Shown in pieces: positions 36,174 through 45,617 of a stretch of 64,000 bases of DNA; within the stretch, counting starts at the first letter, position 1, and each line of letters begins with the position of its first letter. The stretch comes from Pseudomonadota bacterium (lineage in GTDB: Bacteria > Desulfobacterota > Desulfobulbia > Desulfobulbales > SURF-16). The notes under the pieces were generated by a model. The model saw nothing but the letters and a program-made list of their open reading frames with translations, was not told the origin of the DNA and did not search any database. Where the stretch lies: contig JAHILF010000066.1 in NCBI GenBank assembly GCA_018897105.1, positions 15,021 through 79,020 of the forward strand, in the 5' to 3' direction. The position numbers were made by a program, and so were the translations under genes.

Positions 36174-37835
36174 ATGAAGGTCAAGCCTCATCTGTTGATC
36201 ATTGATGACGATCCCCCCCTCAGGGATACCCTGAAGAGCATTCTTGAATGGCATGGATATGCTGTCTCCCTTGCCGGCACCGGCGCAGAGGCCCTGCAGT
36301 TTATCAGCAGTAACCAGCCTGATCTCGCCTTTGTCGACATGATGCTGCCTGACACCTGGGGCACCGAACTGATCAGAGATATAAAAAAAAATCACCCACG
36401 CCTGCTCTGCGTCATGATTACCGGCGACACTTCGACGGATTCGGTAATTGATGCCCTGCATCAGGGTGCGGACGCCTATTTTCAGAAACCTTTCAACATG
36501 GAGATCCTTCTCCCCAAGATTGAGTCGTTACTGGAAAAAAAACGGCTGCGCGAGGAAATCCGTCACCTCAATGAACTGCCCAGGATCATCCTTGACGGCA
36601 TCAACGAGTCCATTGCCATTATAGACATCCAGAATTTTTCCATTGTCACCGCCAACAAGGTATTTATCCGGGAAACCGGGCTGCCGGAAAATGAGGTCAA
36701 CGGCAAACCGTGTTATAGCGTGACCCATCATCTGACCGCTCCCTGTGAAGCTCCCGAGCATACCTGCCCCATTCGGGAAATTCTGGCCACCGGCAGCCAT
36801 GCCGCGGCCGAGCACGTCCATTACGATTCCCGTGGTAAGAAATCCTATGTGGAAATATCCGCCTCACCCATAAAGGACGAAACTGGCCACATCGTTCAGG
36901 TTATCCATGTATCCCGTGACATCACCAGCAAAAAGGAACTGGAAATCTCCCTGCAGAATGAGAGACTGCTGCTGGAAAAAACCAACACGCAGCTTGAGCA
37001 GGCATACAATGAACTGAAACAGACCCAGTCCCAGATCGTCCAGCAGGAGAAAATGGCCTCCATCGGCCAGCTCGCCGCCGGGGTTGCCCATGAGATAAAC
37101 AACCCCATGGGCTTTATCTCCAGCAATCTCGCCTCGCTTGACAACTATCTGGGGAAATTGACCCATTTTATTACATTTCAGGATTCGCTTATCACCGGCC
37201 TGCAGGATGAACAGGCCCTGCGCGAACTGCAGGATAACCGCAAAAAACTAAAAATTGATTATCTCCTCCAAGATATTCCCGCCCTGATTGCCGAATCTCT
37301 GGACGGTGCGGAAAGGGTCAAGATTATTGTCCAGAATCTGAAAAATTTTTCCCGGGTGGAAGGTAATGAGATATGCCTTACCAACATCAACGACTGCCTT
37401 GAGACCACCATGAACATCATCCACAATGAGCTGAAGTACAAGGCGGAGATCAGCAGGGAATACGGTGAGAACCTGCCCCAGGTAAAGGCTTCTCCCCAGC
37501 AGTTGAACCAGGTTTTCATGAATATCCTGGTCAATGCGGCCCAGGCCATAGAGAAAAAGGGGAAAATAACCATCAGAACCTGGCGGGAAAAAAGCAGTGT
37601 CCGGGTAGCGATCAGCGATACGGGTTGTGGTATTACCCAACAAAACCTGTCCAGGATTTTTGATCCGTTTTTCACCACCAAGGAGGTGGGCAAGGGAACA
37701 GGCCTGGGCATGAGCATCACCTATGACATCATTAAAAAGCACAATGGTACAATCTCCGTGGCAAGCGAGGTGGGCAGAGGCACGACCTTTACCGTGTCAC
37801 TGCCGGTTGCCGAACAGGCTGCAGAGTGCCCATGA
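36174..37835 (+). CDS. Hybrid REC-PAS-HisKA-HATPase kinase
   Basis: LLIIDDDPPLR..FVDMMLPDTWG; PAS with the CYSVTHHLTAPCEAPEHTCP motif; EKMASIGQLAAGVAHEINNPMGF; GTGLGMSITYDIIKKHNG. Confidence 0.9.
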   Translation: MKVKPHLLIIDDDPPLRDTLKSILEWHGYAVSLAGTGAEALQFISSNQPDLAFVDMMLPDTWGTELIRDIKKNHPRLLCVMITGDTSTDSVIDALHQGADAYFQKPFNMEILLPKIESLLEKKRLREEIRHLNELPRIILDGINESIAIIDIQNFSIVTANKVFIRETGLPENEVNGKPCYSVTHHLTAPCEAPEHTCPIREILATGSHAAAEHVHYDSRGKKSYVEISASPIKDETGHIVQVIHVSRDITSKKELEISLQNERLLLEKTNTQLEQAYNELKQTQSQIVQQEKMASIGQLAAGVAHEINNPMGFISSNLASLDNYLGKLTHFITFQDSLITGLQDEQALRELQDNRKKLKIDYLLQDIPALIAESLDGAERVKIIVQNLKNFSRVEGNEICLTNINDCLETTMNIIHNELKYKAEISREYGENLPQVKASPQQLNQVFMNILVNAAQAIEKKGKITIRTWREKSSVRVAISDTGCGITQQNLSRIFDPFFTTKEVGKGTGLGMSITYDIIKKHNGTISVASEVGRGTTFTVSLPVAEQAAECP

Positions 37836-37890
37836 CGATGATGTTTGCAGAAAGTACTCCATAAAGTCAAAGTACCAACGTGAAGACAAA

Positions 37891-38766
37891 ATGAACGATA
37901 TACAGGATTTAATCAGCCAGGTTGGAGATCTTCCCACTCTGCCGGACGTTGCCGCCCGGATCAACAGGGAAATGCAGAGCGAGTCGCTGAACGCCAAACT
38001 GCTTGGCGAGATCATCGCCGATGATTCCGCCCTGGCGGCGAAAATTTTGCGTCTTGCCAACTCCGCCTTTTACGGACTGTCGAAACAGGTGACTACCCTT
38101 AACAAGGCGGTCATGATTCTCGGCTTCAACGCCGTCAAGAATCTGGCTTTGAGCGTATCGATCCATTCTCTTTTCAAGGAACATCCCGACTCGCTTATAG
38201 ATGTCAAAGGGCTCTGGCTGCACAGTCTCGGCTGCGCCGTAGCCGCTAAAATCATTGCCGACAATCTGAACAAAAAGTTTGGCGATGAAGCCTTTTTATT
38301 CGGCATTCTGCATGATATCGGCAAGATCGTCTTCATCAATACGCGGCCCCAGGATTACGAAAAGGCCCTGGTTCTCCTTCAGGAACGGAATATGACCCAG
38401 GCCGAGGCCGAAATAGAGGTGATGGGGTTCAACCACCAGCGCTTGGGTTCCCAACTGCTCGATTTCTGGAAATTCCCGGACAATATTGTCCAGGCGATTA
38501 AATACCATCATGAACCGCAGTTAAAGACGGCCAAGCTCGATCCCCAGCTCCAAGACCTTATCCGCGCCCTTTTTCTCGGCAACCAACTGGCCAAGGCACT
38601 CAATCTGGGCAAGAGCACCAACCCGGCCCGAGAAGAGATTCCCAAGATAGTATGGCAGTCCTTAAACATCAAACGCAGTCAGGTCAGTGACATCGCCGGC
38701 AACATAAGAAACAGTTACGCCCTGCTGCTTGAGGCATGGGACATGGAGGGCAAAGACCATGTTTGA
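37891..38766 (+). CDS. HDOD-domain signalling protein
   Basis: LPTLPDVAARINREM..., ILRLANSAFYGL, GILHDIGKIVF. The ATG at 37891 is the start; the track extension to 37723 overlaps the preceding kinase. Confidence 0.85.
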   Translation: MNDIQDLISQVGDLPTLPDVAARINREMQSESLNAKLLGEIIADDSALAAKILRLANSAFYGLSKQVTTLNKAVMILGFNAVKNLALSVSIHSLFKEHPDSLIDVKGLWLHSLGCAVAAKIIADNLNKKFGDEAFLFGILHDIGKIVFINTRPQDYEKALVLLQERNMTQAEAEIEVMGFNHQRLGSQLLDFWKFPDNIVQAIKYHHEPQLKTAKLDPQLQDLIRALFLGNQLAKALNLGKSTNPAREEIPKIVWQSLNIKRSQVSDIAGNIRNSYALLLEAWDMEGKDHV

Positions 38767-39574
38767 GCAGGTCAAAATCCTCTGCGTGGACGATGAACCC
38801 AATGTGCTCCGCGCTCTCAAAAGACTTTTCATTGACGAGGATTATGAGATCATCACCGCAGCATCAGGGGAAGATGGCCTGGCAATGATGGAAAAGGAAT
38901 ATCCCGTGCAGCTGGTCCTCTCGGACTACCGGATGCCGGCCATGGACGGAGTGGACTTCCTCAAAAAAGTCTTCGAAAAATGGCCGGACACAATCCGCAT
39001 CGTTCTCTCCGGTTATGCGGATACCGCCGCCATCGTTGCCGCCATCAACGAGGGGAAGATATACAAATTTATCGCCAAACCGTGGGATGACAATGAATTA
39101 AAGGTGACCGTCGCCAAAGCGCTGGAAGTCTATTTCCTCAATGAGCAGAATCAAAGGCTAACCTGGGAACTGCAGCAGACAAACAAAGAACTCAACAAAA
39201 TCAACCAGAATCTGGAGGAAATCGTCAGAGAACGGACGAACGACATCCTGTTCCAGAACAAGGTACTGCAGTTCTCCCAGAATATACTGCACTGCCTGCC
39301 TGCCGCCGTGCTGGGCATTGACCCGGACGGTCTTATCGTGCAGAGCAACAGGATGTCAAATCAGATTTTTACGGCAAAAGGGGCTTCTCTGACCGGCTTG
39401 CAAATGGACGATGCCCTGCCGAACGATATCTGTTCACTCATCCGGTCCATTGCCGGCAAGGAAATCATGTCCACCCGCCTGGAGATCAACAACCGGACTT
39501 ACCTGGTCAATGGCGTTGCCATGGACAACTCGGATTCGCAGCAGGGGAAAATTCTGTTGCTGGTCCCGGTCTGA
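38759..39574 (+). CDS. Response regulator: REC (RpfG-type, KPWDDNEL) plus coiled coil plus a PAS-like C-terminal domain, with no recognisable output domain
   Basis: ILCVDDEPNVLRAL..LSDYRMPAMDG..KFIAKPWDDNEL. ATGTTTGA overlap with the HDOD stop. Confidence 0.85.
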   Translation: MFEQVKILCVDDEPNVLRALKRLFIDEDYEIITAASGEDGLAMMEKEYPVQLVLSDYRMPAMDGVDFLKKVFEKWPDTIRIVLSGYADTAAIVAAINEGKIYKFIAKPWDDNELKVTVAKALEVYFLNEQNQRLTWELQQTNKELNKINQNLEEIVRERTNDILFQNKVLQFSQNILHCLPAAVLGIDPDGLIVQSNRMSNQIFTAKGASLTGLQMDDALPNDICSLIRSIAGKEIMSTRLEINNRTYLVNGVAMDNSDSQQGKILLLVPV

Positions 39575-39639
39575 CAGATTCCGCCCTTACATAAACCGCG
39601 AGAACCAAAAAACTTATCGGATGAAACCGGAGCCGCACC

Positions 39640-40641
39640 ATGAACGAGAGCACTATCCACACCATACTTTTTGTCGATGATGAAAAAAGCATCTTAAAGG
39701 CCTTACACCGTATTTTCCTGGACGAGAATTACCATGTCCTCACCGCCGGAGGCGGCCAGGAGGCGCTTGATCTGCTCCAGACCGGAGAGAAACCAGCCGT
39801 GATCATCTCTGATCAGCGCATGCCCGGCATGGGCGGCGCTGAGTTCCTTGCCAAGGCCAGAAAAATTCTGCCGGACAGTATCCGCATGGTGCTCACCGGT
39901 TATGCCGATATCAATGCCGCCATGGAATCCATCAACCAGGGCGGGATATACCGCTATATCCTGAAACCTTGGAACGACGAGGAACTGAGGCTTGCCGTCA
40001 AAGACGCGGTTTTAATGTTTGACCTGATTAAGCAGAACAAAAGACTGACCATGGAGCTGGAGAAAAATAACCTTGCCCTGGTTGAGCTGAACACCTCTCT
40101 TGAACAGAAAGTGACGGAAAGGACCAGGGCGTTGAGCCAGATTATCCGGGAACTGGAAGGCAGAGACCGCATACAGCAATATCTGATGGAGGTTCACCCC
40201 TTAGACGAGCTTCTGCAGACCATTCTCAGCGTGGTGCATGAGGTTGCCAATATTTCCGGCTGCGCGTTCTTTCTGCAAGCCGATGATGATCGCGCGGAAC
40301 CCGCGCCTGCTGCGGCGGTCAATTTTGCCGAACGGCTGGACACAGACAACCATCAGGCGCTGGCCGAGGCGGTGCAGCAGGTCATGACCGCTGATGCGCT
40401 GAAAAATCAGACAATCCTGATCGGGCAATACAGCTATGTTGCCGTGCCGGTCCGTAAAGGCAGCAAAAATTTCGGAGCACTGGTCGTTAAAACGAACGGC
40501 GAGACCCCCTTTCACGAAAATACAATCCGGACCATCATCAGCTTTGCCAACCAGGCTGCTATCGGCATTCATGACTGCAAGTTTCAGGAAAACTTTGATG
40601 ATATCGAGGCCTCACTCGATGATGTTCTGTCGACCCTTTAA
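39640..40641 (+). CDS. Response regulator: REC (KPWNDEEL type) plus coiled coil plus a GAF-like domain
   Basis: ILFVDDEKSILKAL..ISDQRMPGMGG..YILKPWNDEEL. The C-terminal ~150 aa are GAF-like. Confidence 0.8.
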   Translation: MNESTIHTILFVDDEKSILKALHRIFLDENYHVLTAGGGQEALDLLQTGEKPAVIISDQRMPGMGGAEFLAKARKILPDSIRMVLTGYADINAAMESINQGGIYRYILKPWNDEELRLAVKDAVLMFDLIKQNKRLTMELEKNNLALVELNTSLEQKVTERTRALSQIIRELEGRDRIQQYLMEVHPLDELLQTILSVVHEVANISGCAFFLQADDDRAEPAPAAAVNFAERLDTDNHQALAEAVQQVMTADALKNQTILIGQYSYVAVPVRKGSKNFGALVVKTNGETPFHENTIRTIISFANQAAIGIHDCKFQENFDDIEASLDDVLSTL

Positions 40642-40695
40642 TGACAAAGGGCGACTGAAAAAAGTATCCGCCGCACTTAATTACCGGAGCCCCGC

Positions 40696-42840
40696 GTGAG
40701 CCCTGCCAAGAAAAAATCCTTTGAATCCCTTGAAGACGCCTATCTGAAGGCTCTTGACCTTGACGAGAAACCGGAGGAAGAGAAAGACAGGCCCTCATCT
40801 ACCCAGGATCAGCAGGATCTCACTGCCTCCCTGCAGAGGGTAAAGGCATGGCAGGGCAAGGAACTTCTCCTCTCTCCGGACAATATGTCCGTTACTCTGG
40901 TGCTGACGGGTGGAGAACCGATTACCGCGACGCAGATCAAGCTTGCCCTGGAACAGTCCGGCATCATTTACGGCATCAGTCCCGGCGCGCTGCAGAAAGT
41001 GGAAGAGATCTCCCGCTCACCGGAAAAGACGGGAAAATTTCTCCTTGCCGCCGGAACTCACCCGCAAATAAGCCGCAGGATCACATTCCCCTTTTTAACA
41101 AACAGACCTGATGCAGGGCACACCATGCACCAGGCAGCGGCAGAACTCGATTGCGCCGCGCTGCAAAACCTGTTTTCCGCTCCCGACCTGATCGCTGTCC
41201 ATGCCGCCGCACTGCTGGTCAAGGCAGTGAATGCCGGAGAGGTGCTGCTGAAAATACAGGAAAACCCCGATGCCCAACCCGGCCGGGATATTTACGGCCA
41301 TGAAATCGAATGTATTGCCGAACCCTTGCCTGGAGGAGGCGACAATGTAGTATTTAATGTAACAGGCTGGAGTTACGAGGCAACGGCATATGGCTACCTC
41401 CTCGTTGCCGAAAACACCCTGTCCGTTCTCCCTCCTCTGTGGATAACAGCCGACCGAAACGCCGCCTATTATCTTTGCCTTCCCCAGCTTGCTCCCTGCA
41501 GATACCCTACCACAATCGATATAAGCGAGATGCTGCTGAAGGCGGGCATCCATGAAAAATGTATTGATCCTGCCGCCATTGAAAACATGGTGGCACAGAT
41601 GGCCGCAGGCCTCACCCTTCCCCGCACGATCAAACTGGCCGAAACAGTGCAACCCCTACACGGGCATGCCGCCACCTTTTCTCTTTCCTTTGATGCGGCA
41701 AAGAAAGCCGGGGCGCTGCGCCATGACGGTTCACTTGATCTGCGGGAGCGAAACGCCGTGGTCAGCGTTTCCGCGGATACCCTTATTGCCGAAAAGAATC
41801 TGGCGACCATAGGTGTTGCCGGATGCACGCTTTTCGGCAAACCCATCAAAGCTACCCCGGGTGTTGACAAGAAAATCAGCATCGGCCAAGGGGTCAGGGT
41901 TGAAGAGAAAAAAGACGTCATCCGCTATTTTGCCGAAAAAAACGGCAACGTCAAATTCAGCAAAAATACCCTCGCCGTGCAGGACATATTCGAAATTTCC
42001 GGCGATATTGACTATTCTACTGGAAATATAAACGTAAAAACCGACCTGTTGATCAAAGGATCGGTTCTCAGGGGCTTTACCGTCAAATCCGAGGGTGACA
42101 TCGCCATCATGGGCGCCGTGGAGAACGGGGCAACCGTCATTGCCATGGGAAACCTGACAGTGGACAAGGGGATCATCGGCGAAAACAGCAAGGTTGTCAG
42201 CCGCGGCAATCTCCGCACAGGCTATATCCAGGACGCGGAGGTGATCGTCAAGGGGGATGTGATCATCGGCAGCTATCTCTTCAACTGCATGCTCATCGCC
42301 AGCGGCAGCATCACCGTCCTCAGGGAGCAGGGGCAAAAAAGAAGCGGCAGGGTGGTGGGCGGCATTATCTGTTCAGCGAAAGGTATCAGGTTGAGCACCA
42401 TCGGCAGCCCCGGCAAACCGGGGACAGTTGTCGCCCTGCGCACTGATCCGGAAATCGTGGCCGGCTTGAAAAAACTGGAAGAACAGCTCTTGTCCTGCAC
42501 CAGCAATATCACCAAAATCTCACGCAGCCTTCCCTTTGATTCGTTCGATGCCGGTCAGATAAAAGCCGCTCTGGCCCGCATCCCCGCCGCCAAGAGGGAT
42601 GGCCTCGTTCTGCTGTTAACCAACCTGAACAAACTGATCAAACACAGGAAAACCCTGTCGGAAACAATGGAGCAGTTACGCAGCCGCATTGATCTTTCTT
42701 TACACAATGCCCGCATTGAGGTGATCCAGGAAATTTTTCAGGGAAGTGAGATTCACATCGGCGGCCAGCACTTCATTATACCCCAGGATATGGGGCCCTC
42801 TCTCTTTAAGTTGCATGACGGGAAAATCATCCGCGCCTGA
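40696..42840 (+). CDS. DUF342/FapA-family protein (beta-helix C-terminal region)
   Basis: 714 aa with a GTG start. Repetitive G-x-I/V-x-V beta-helix-like stretch (GDIDYSTGNINVKTDLLIKGSVLRGFTVKSEGDIAIMGAVENG..). The assignment is from overall pattern, not an HMM. Confidence 0.65.
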   Translation: MSPAKKKSFESLEDAYLKALDLDEKPEEEKDRPSSTQDQQDLTASLQRVKAWQGKELLLSPDNMSVTLVLTGGEPITATQIKLALEQSGIIYGISPGALQKVEEISRSPEKTGKFLLAAGTHPQISRRITFPFLTNRPDAGHTMHQAAAELDCAALQNLFSAPDLIAVHAAALLVKAVNAGEVLLKIQENPDAQPGRDIYGHEIECIAEPLPGGGDNVVFNVTGWSYEATAYGYLLVAENTLSVLPPLWITADRNAAYYLCLPQLAPCRYPTTIDISEMLLKAGIHEKCIDPAAIENMVAQMAAGLTLPRTIKLAETVQPLHGHAATFSLSFDAAKKAGALRHDGSLDLRERNAVVSVSADTLIAEKNLATIGVAGCTLFGKPIKATPGVDKKISIGQGVRVEEKKDVIRYFAEKNGNVKFSKNTLAVQDIFEISGDIDYSTGNINVKTDLLIKGSVLRGFTVKSEGDIAIMGAVENGATVIAMGNLTVDKGIIGENSKVVSRGNLRTGYIQDAEVIVKGDVIIGSYLFNCMLIASGSITVLREQGQKRSGRVVGGIICSAKGIRLSTIGSPGKPGTVVALRTDPEIVAGLKKLEEQLLSCTSNITKISRSLPFDSFDAGQIKAALARIPAAKRDGLVLLLTNLNKLIKHRKTLSETMEQLRSRIDLSLHNARIEVIQEIFQGSEIHIGGQHFIIPQDMGPSLFKLHDGKIIRA

Positions 42841-42956
42841 ATGTTTTACGCCACCAACCCTCACCAGATGGACAAACCGTTGCCACCATTCTTTGTCGAC
42901 GTAGATTGTTGATGCACTCCTTGAAGATATGCGACTCAAACAGGGATAAAAATGGT

Positions 42957-42984
42957 TTGACATCACCATTTAAAAAATTATAGC
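42957..42984 (+). promoter_or_regulatory. Candidate sigma70-type promoter TTGACA-N16-TATAGC upstream of the hydrogenase genes
   Basis: Read directly. It is about 155 nt upstream of the large-subunit ATG in a 298-nt AT-rich gap. Confidence 0.3.
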
Positions 42985-43138
42985 TTATCCTAATGAGTCT
43001 GTCAGAGTTATACGGTTGTTTTTCTTAAGAGAACAACCTCGTAGAAGTCGACCGATAATTTTTTTTAACAATTATGTCACTCGTTGTTTGCAGGTTTCTT
43101 ACCCCAGACTGTTTAAACCATCCAGAACAGGTTGAATC

Positions 43139-44650
43139 ATGAAAATCGAACTTGGCCCCCTGTCCCGCATTGAAGGTCACCTCAATGTCAAGACGACCGT
43201 CACCGACAATGTCGTTGTGGATGCCCAGTGCGTCGGAGAGATGTTTAGGGGATTTGAGGTGATACTGAGAGGCCGTGACCCCCTCGATGCCCAGCAGATC
43301 ACCCAAAGAATCTGCGGAGTGTGCCCCTATGCCCATGCCATTGCCTCTTCCTATGCCCAGGAAAACGCCTACGGCATCACTCCGCCCGCCAATGGCCGCA
43401 TCCTGCACAACCTGATTCAGGGGGCCAACCATCTTTACGACTACCTCCTGCATTTCTATCAGCTTTCAGCCCTCGACTTTGTCGATATTACCGCCATTGC
43501 CAACTACAAAGGATCGGACGCTGAACTCGTCCAGGTGAAAGATTGGGTCAAGGCGGAATTGGCCTCGAAGAAGGCCTTTCCCGGCGCCCCGTTTCTCCCC
43601 CGTCTTGAAGGGCAATACATAAAGGACGATGACCTCAATATAGGAGCGCTCAAGCACTATATCGAGGCCATGGAGATACAGAAGAAGGCTATTCGGGCAT
43701 CAGCGATCTTTGGTGGCAAATTTCCCCACGCAACCGGGATATTCCCCGGCGGTTGCAGCCAGAAGCCGACTATAGACCATATCTCTGCCTATCAGGCCTT
43801 GATCGAGGAAGTCAGAGATTTTATCCATCAGAAATATATCCCCGACCTCCTGGCCGTCGCCCAGGCATTCCCTGAATACTGGCACATCGGCCAGAGTCGC
43901 GGCGGCTTCATGTCCTTTGGCCTGCTCCCCTTCGCTCCGGCGAGCGGCAGTCGGCGGCTGTTCGCCTCGGGCTTGCTGCTGGACGGCAAAGTCCAGCCTG
44001 TCGATTTTGGTCTTATCACCGAAGATGTCAGATACGCCCGCTACTCATCAGCCAGCGGCCTCAACGTCAAGGAAGGGGAGCTGATCCCTGACCCTGAAAA
44101 AAATGGGGCCTACACCTGGATCAAGGCGCCGCGCTATAACGGGCAGATGGTCGAAGTCGGGCCAGCGGCCAGGATTCTGGTCGACTATCGGCAAGGGAAC
44201 AACCAACAGGTGACCACACTGGTCAATCACTTCGCGGGCCTGGCCGGCATCAGTGCCAATGAGTTGAACTCCGTCCTGGGCCGTCATCTCTGTCGAGCGA
44301 TCTGCGCGGTTGTTATTGCCGACTTTCTGCTGGAGGAAACCGAAAGGATCAACCCGGGCGCCCCGGCCTCACTCGAACTTGAAATCCCCGCCACCGGCGA
44401 AGGCTTCGGCGCTACCGAGGCCTCCCGTGGGGCACTTTTGCACTATATCCGTCTGCAGAATCATAAGATCGAGAAATATGAGTGCGTGGTGCCGACGACA
44501 TGGAACTGCTCCCCCCGCGACGATCAGGGGAATCCCGGAGCAATGGAATCGGCTCTGATCGGCACCAAGGTGGCGAACCAGGCAGTACAGATTGAATCGG
44601 TACGGATAGTCCACTCTTTTGATCCATGCCTGGCCTGTGCCGTCCATTAA
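43139..44650 (+). CDS. [NiFe] hydrogenase large subunit, sensor-like (no C-terminal maturation extension)
   Basis: RIEGH; N-terminal ligand motif RICGVCPYAH; C-terminal DPCLACAVH immediately followed by TAA. 503 aa. Confidence 0.9.
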   Translation: MKIELGPLSRIEGHLNVKTTVTDNVVVDAQCVGEMFRGFEVILRGRDPLDAQQITQRICGVCPYAHAIASSYAQENAYGITPPANGRILHNLIQGANHLYDYLLHFYQLSALDFVDITAIANYKGSDAELVQVKDWVKAELASKKAFPGAPFLPRLEGQYIKDDDLNIGALKHYIEAMEIQKKAIRASAIFGGKFPHATGIFPGGCSQKPTIDHISAYQALIEEVRDFIHQKYIPDLLAVAQAFPEYWHIGQSRGGFMSFGLLPFAPASGSRRLFASGLLLDGKVQPVDFGLITEDVRYARYSSASGLNVKEGELIPDPEKNGAYTWIKAPRYNGQMVEVGPAARILVDYRQGNNQQVTTLVNHFAGLAGISANELNSVLGRHLCRAICAVVIADFLLEETERINPGAPASLELEIPATGEGFGATEASRGALLHYIRLQNHKIEKYECVVPTTWNCSPRDDQGNPGAMESALIGTKVANQAVQIESVRIVHSFDPCLACAVH

Positions 44651-44665
44651 CAAGAGGCTTCTTCG

Positions 44666-45574
44666 ATGCTGAACAGACGTGAATTCATGACCATGGCTGC
44701 CGCACTCTGCACCGCCTTTGGTGTGAGCAACCTCCCCGAACCCGTAGCCGCTGCACTCAAACAGATCGACCCTCGGACCATTCCCAAACTGCTCTACCTC
44801 CAGGGCCAGTCCTGCTCGGGATGTTCCATCTCTTTACTCCAGGCCAAGGAACCATCCCCCCTCACCTTGATCACCAGATATTCCCAGCTTGCCTTTCATA
44901 CCGATCTTTCGGCGACCAGCGGCTCACAGGCCATGAATCTTATCGAGCGTTATCTCGCCGGTGAGGCTGGGCAATACATCCTGGTCCTGGAAGGGGCCAT
45001 CCCGGAGAAAATGCCATCGGCCTGCATGATTGGCGATAAGCCCCTGGCCAGCCTACTCGAATCGGGAGGCAGGACCATGACAGCCGCCATTGCCATTGGC
45101 GCCTGCGCCTGCGATGGCGGAATCCCCGGGGCGGAAGGGAATTTAACCGGCGCTATCGGCTTGCCGGAATTTTTTGCCCAGCGGAATATCGAAAAACCAC
45201 TGATCCAGATCCGGGGCTGTTCCGTTCATCCTGACTGGGTCTGGCAGACAGTAGTCCACCTGGTCAAAGTAGGGATGCCCGAGCTTACTGAAACAGATTC
45301 ACCCAAGCTCTTTTTTAACCGCAGCATCCATGATGCATGCCCCAGGTACCACGACTTCCAGGAAGAAATTTTTGCGGAGAAACTGGGAGATAGCGGTTGT
45401 CTCTTTAAGCTTGGCTGCCTCGGTCCACAGACTAAGGCAGATTGTTCCAGCCGTTGGTGGAATGGCGGGCAAACCTGGTGTATCAATGTCAATGCTCCCT
45501 GCATCGGCTGCGCATCCCCCCTCTTTGCCCGACAAAAAAACATGCCGTTCTATCGCATGAAGAAAAAAGCGTGA
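44666..45574 (+). CDS. [NiFe] hydrogenase small subunit with a twin-arginine leader and ligands for three FeS clusters
   Basis: [24 protein letters not shown]; [10 protein letters not shown]; GACACDGG; GCSVHP; [10 protein letters not shown]; [17 protein letters not shown]; [12 protein letters not shown]. Confidence 0.9.
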   Translation: MLNRREFMTMAAALCTAFGVSNLPEPVAAALKQIDPRTIPKLLYLQGQSCSGCSISLLQAKEPSPLTLITRYSQLAFHTDLSATSGSQAMNLIERYLAGEAGQYILVLEGAIPEKMPSACMIGDKPLASLLESGGRTMTAAIAIGACACDGGIPGAEGNLTGAIGLPEFFAQRNIEKPLIQIRGCSVHPDWVWQTVVHLVKVGMPELTETDSPKLFFNRSIHDACPRYHDFQEEIFAEKLGDSGCLFKLGCLGPQTKADCSSRWWNGGQTWCINVNAPCIGCASPLFARQKNMPFYRMKKKA

Positions 45575-45617
45575 CCAGATTCCCAAAAATGCACCCTGCC
45601 CAGGAGGATATACGGCC

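Noticed and set aside
43139-45574. Annotating the hydrogenase simply as a respiratory periplasmic uptake enzyme (HynAB-type).
   Set aside because: This is not excluded, but it is disfavoured as the primary call. The large subunit is short and lacks the C-terminal extension, the gene order is inverted, and no cytochrome partner or maturation genes accompany it. The operon partners are chemotaxis genes.
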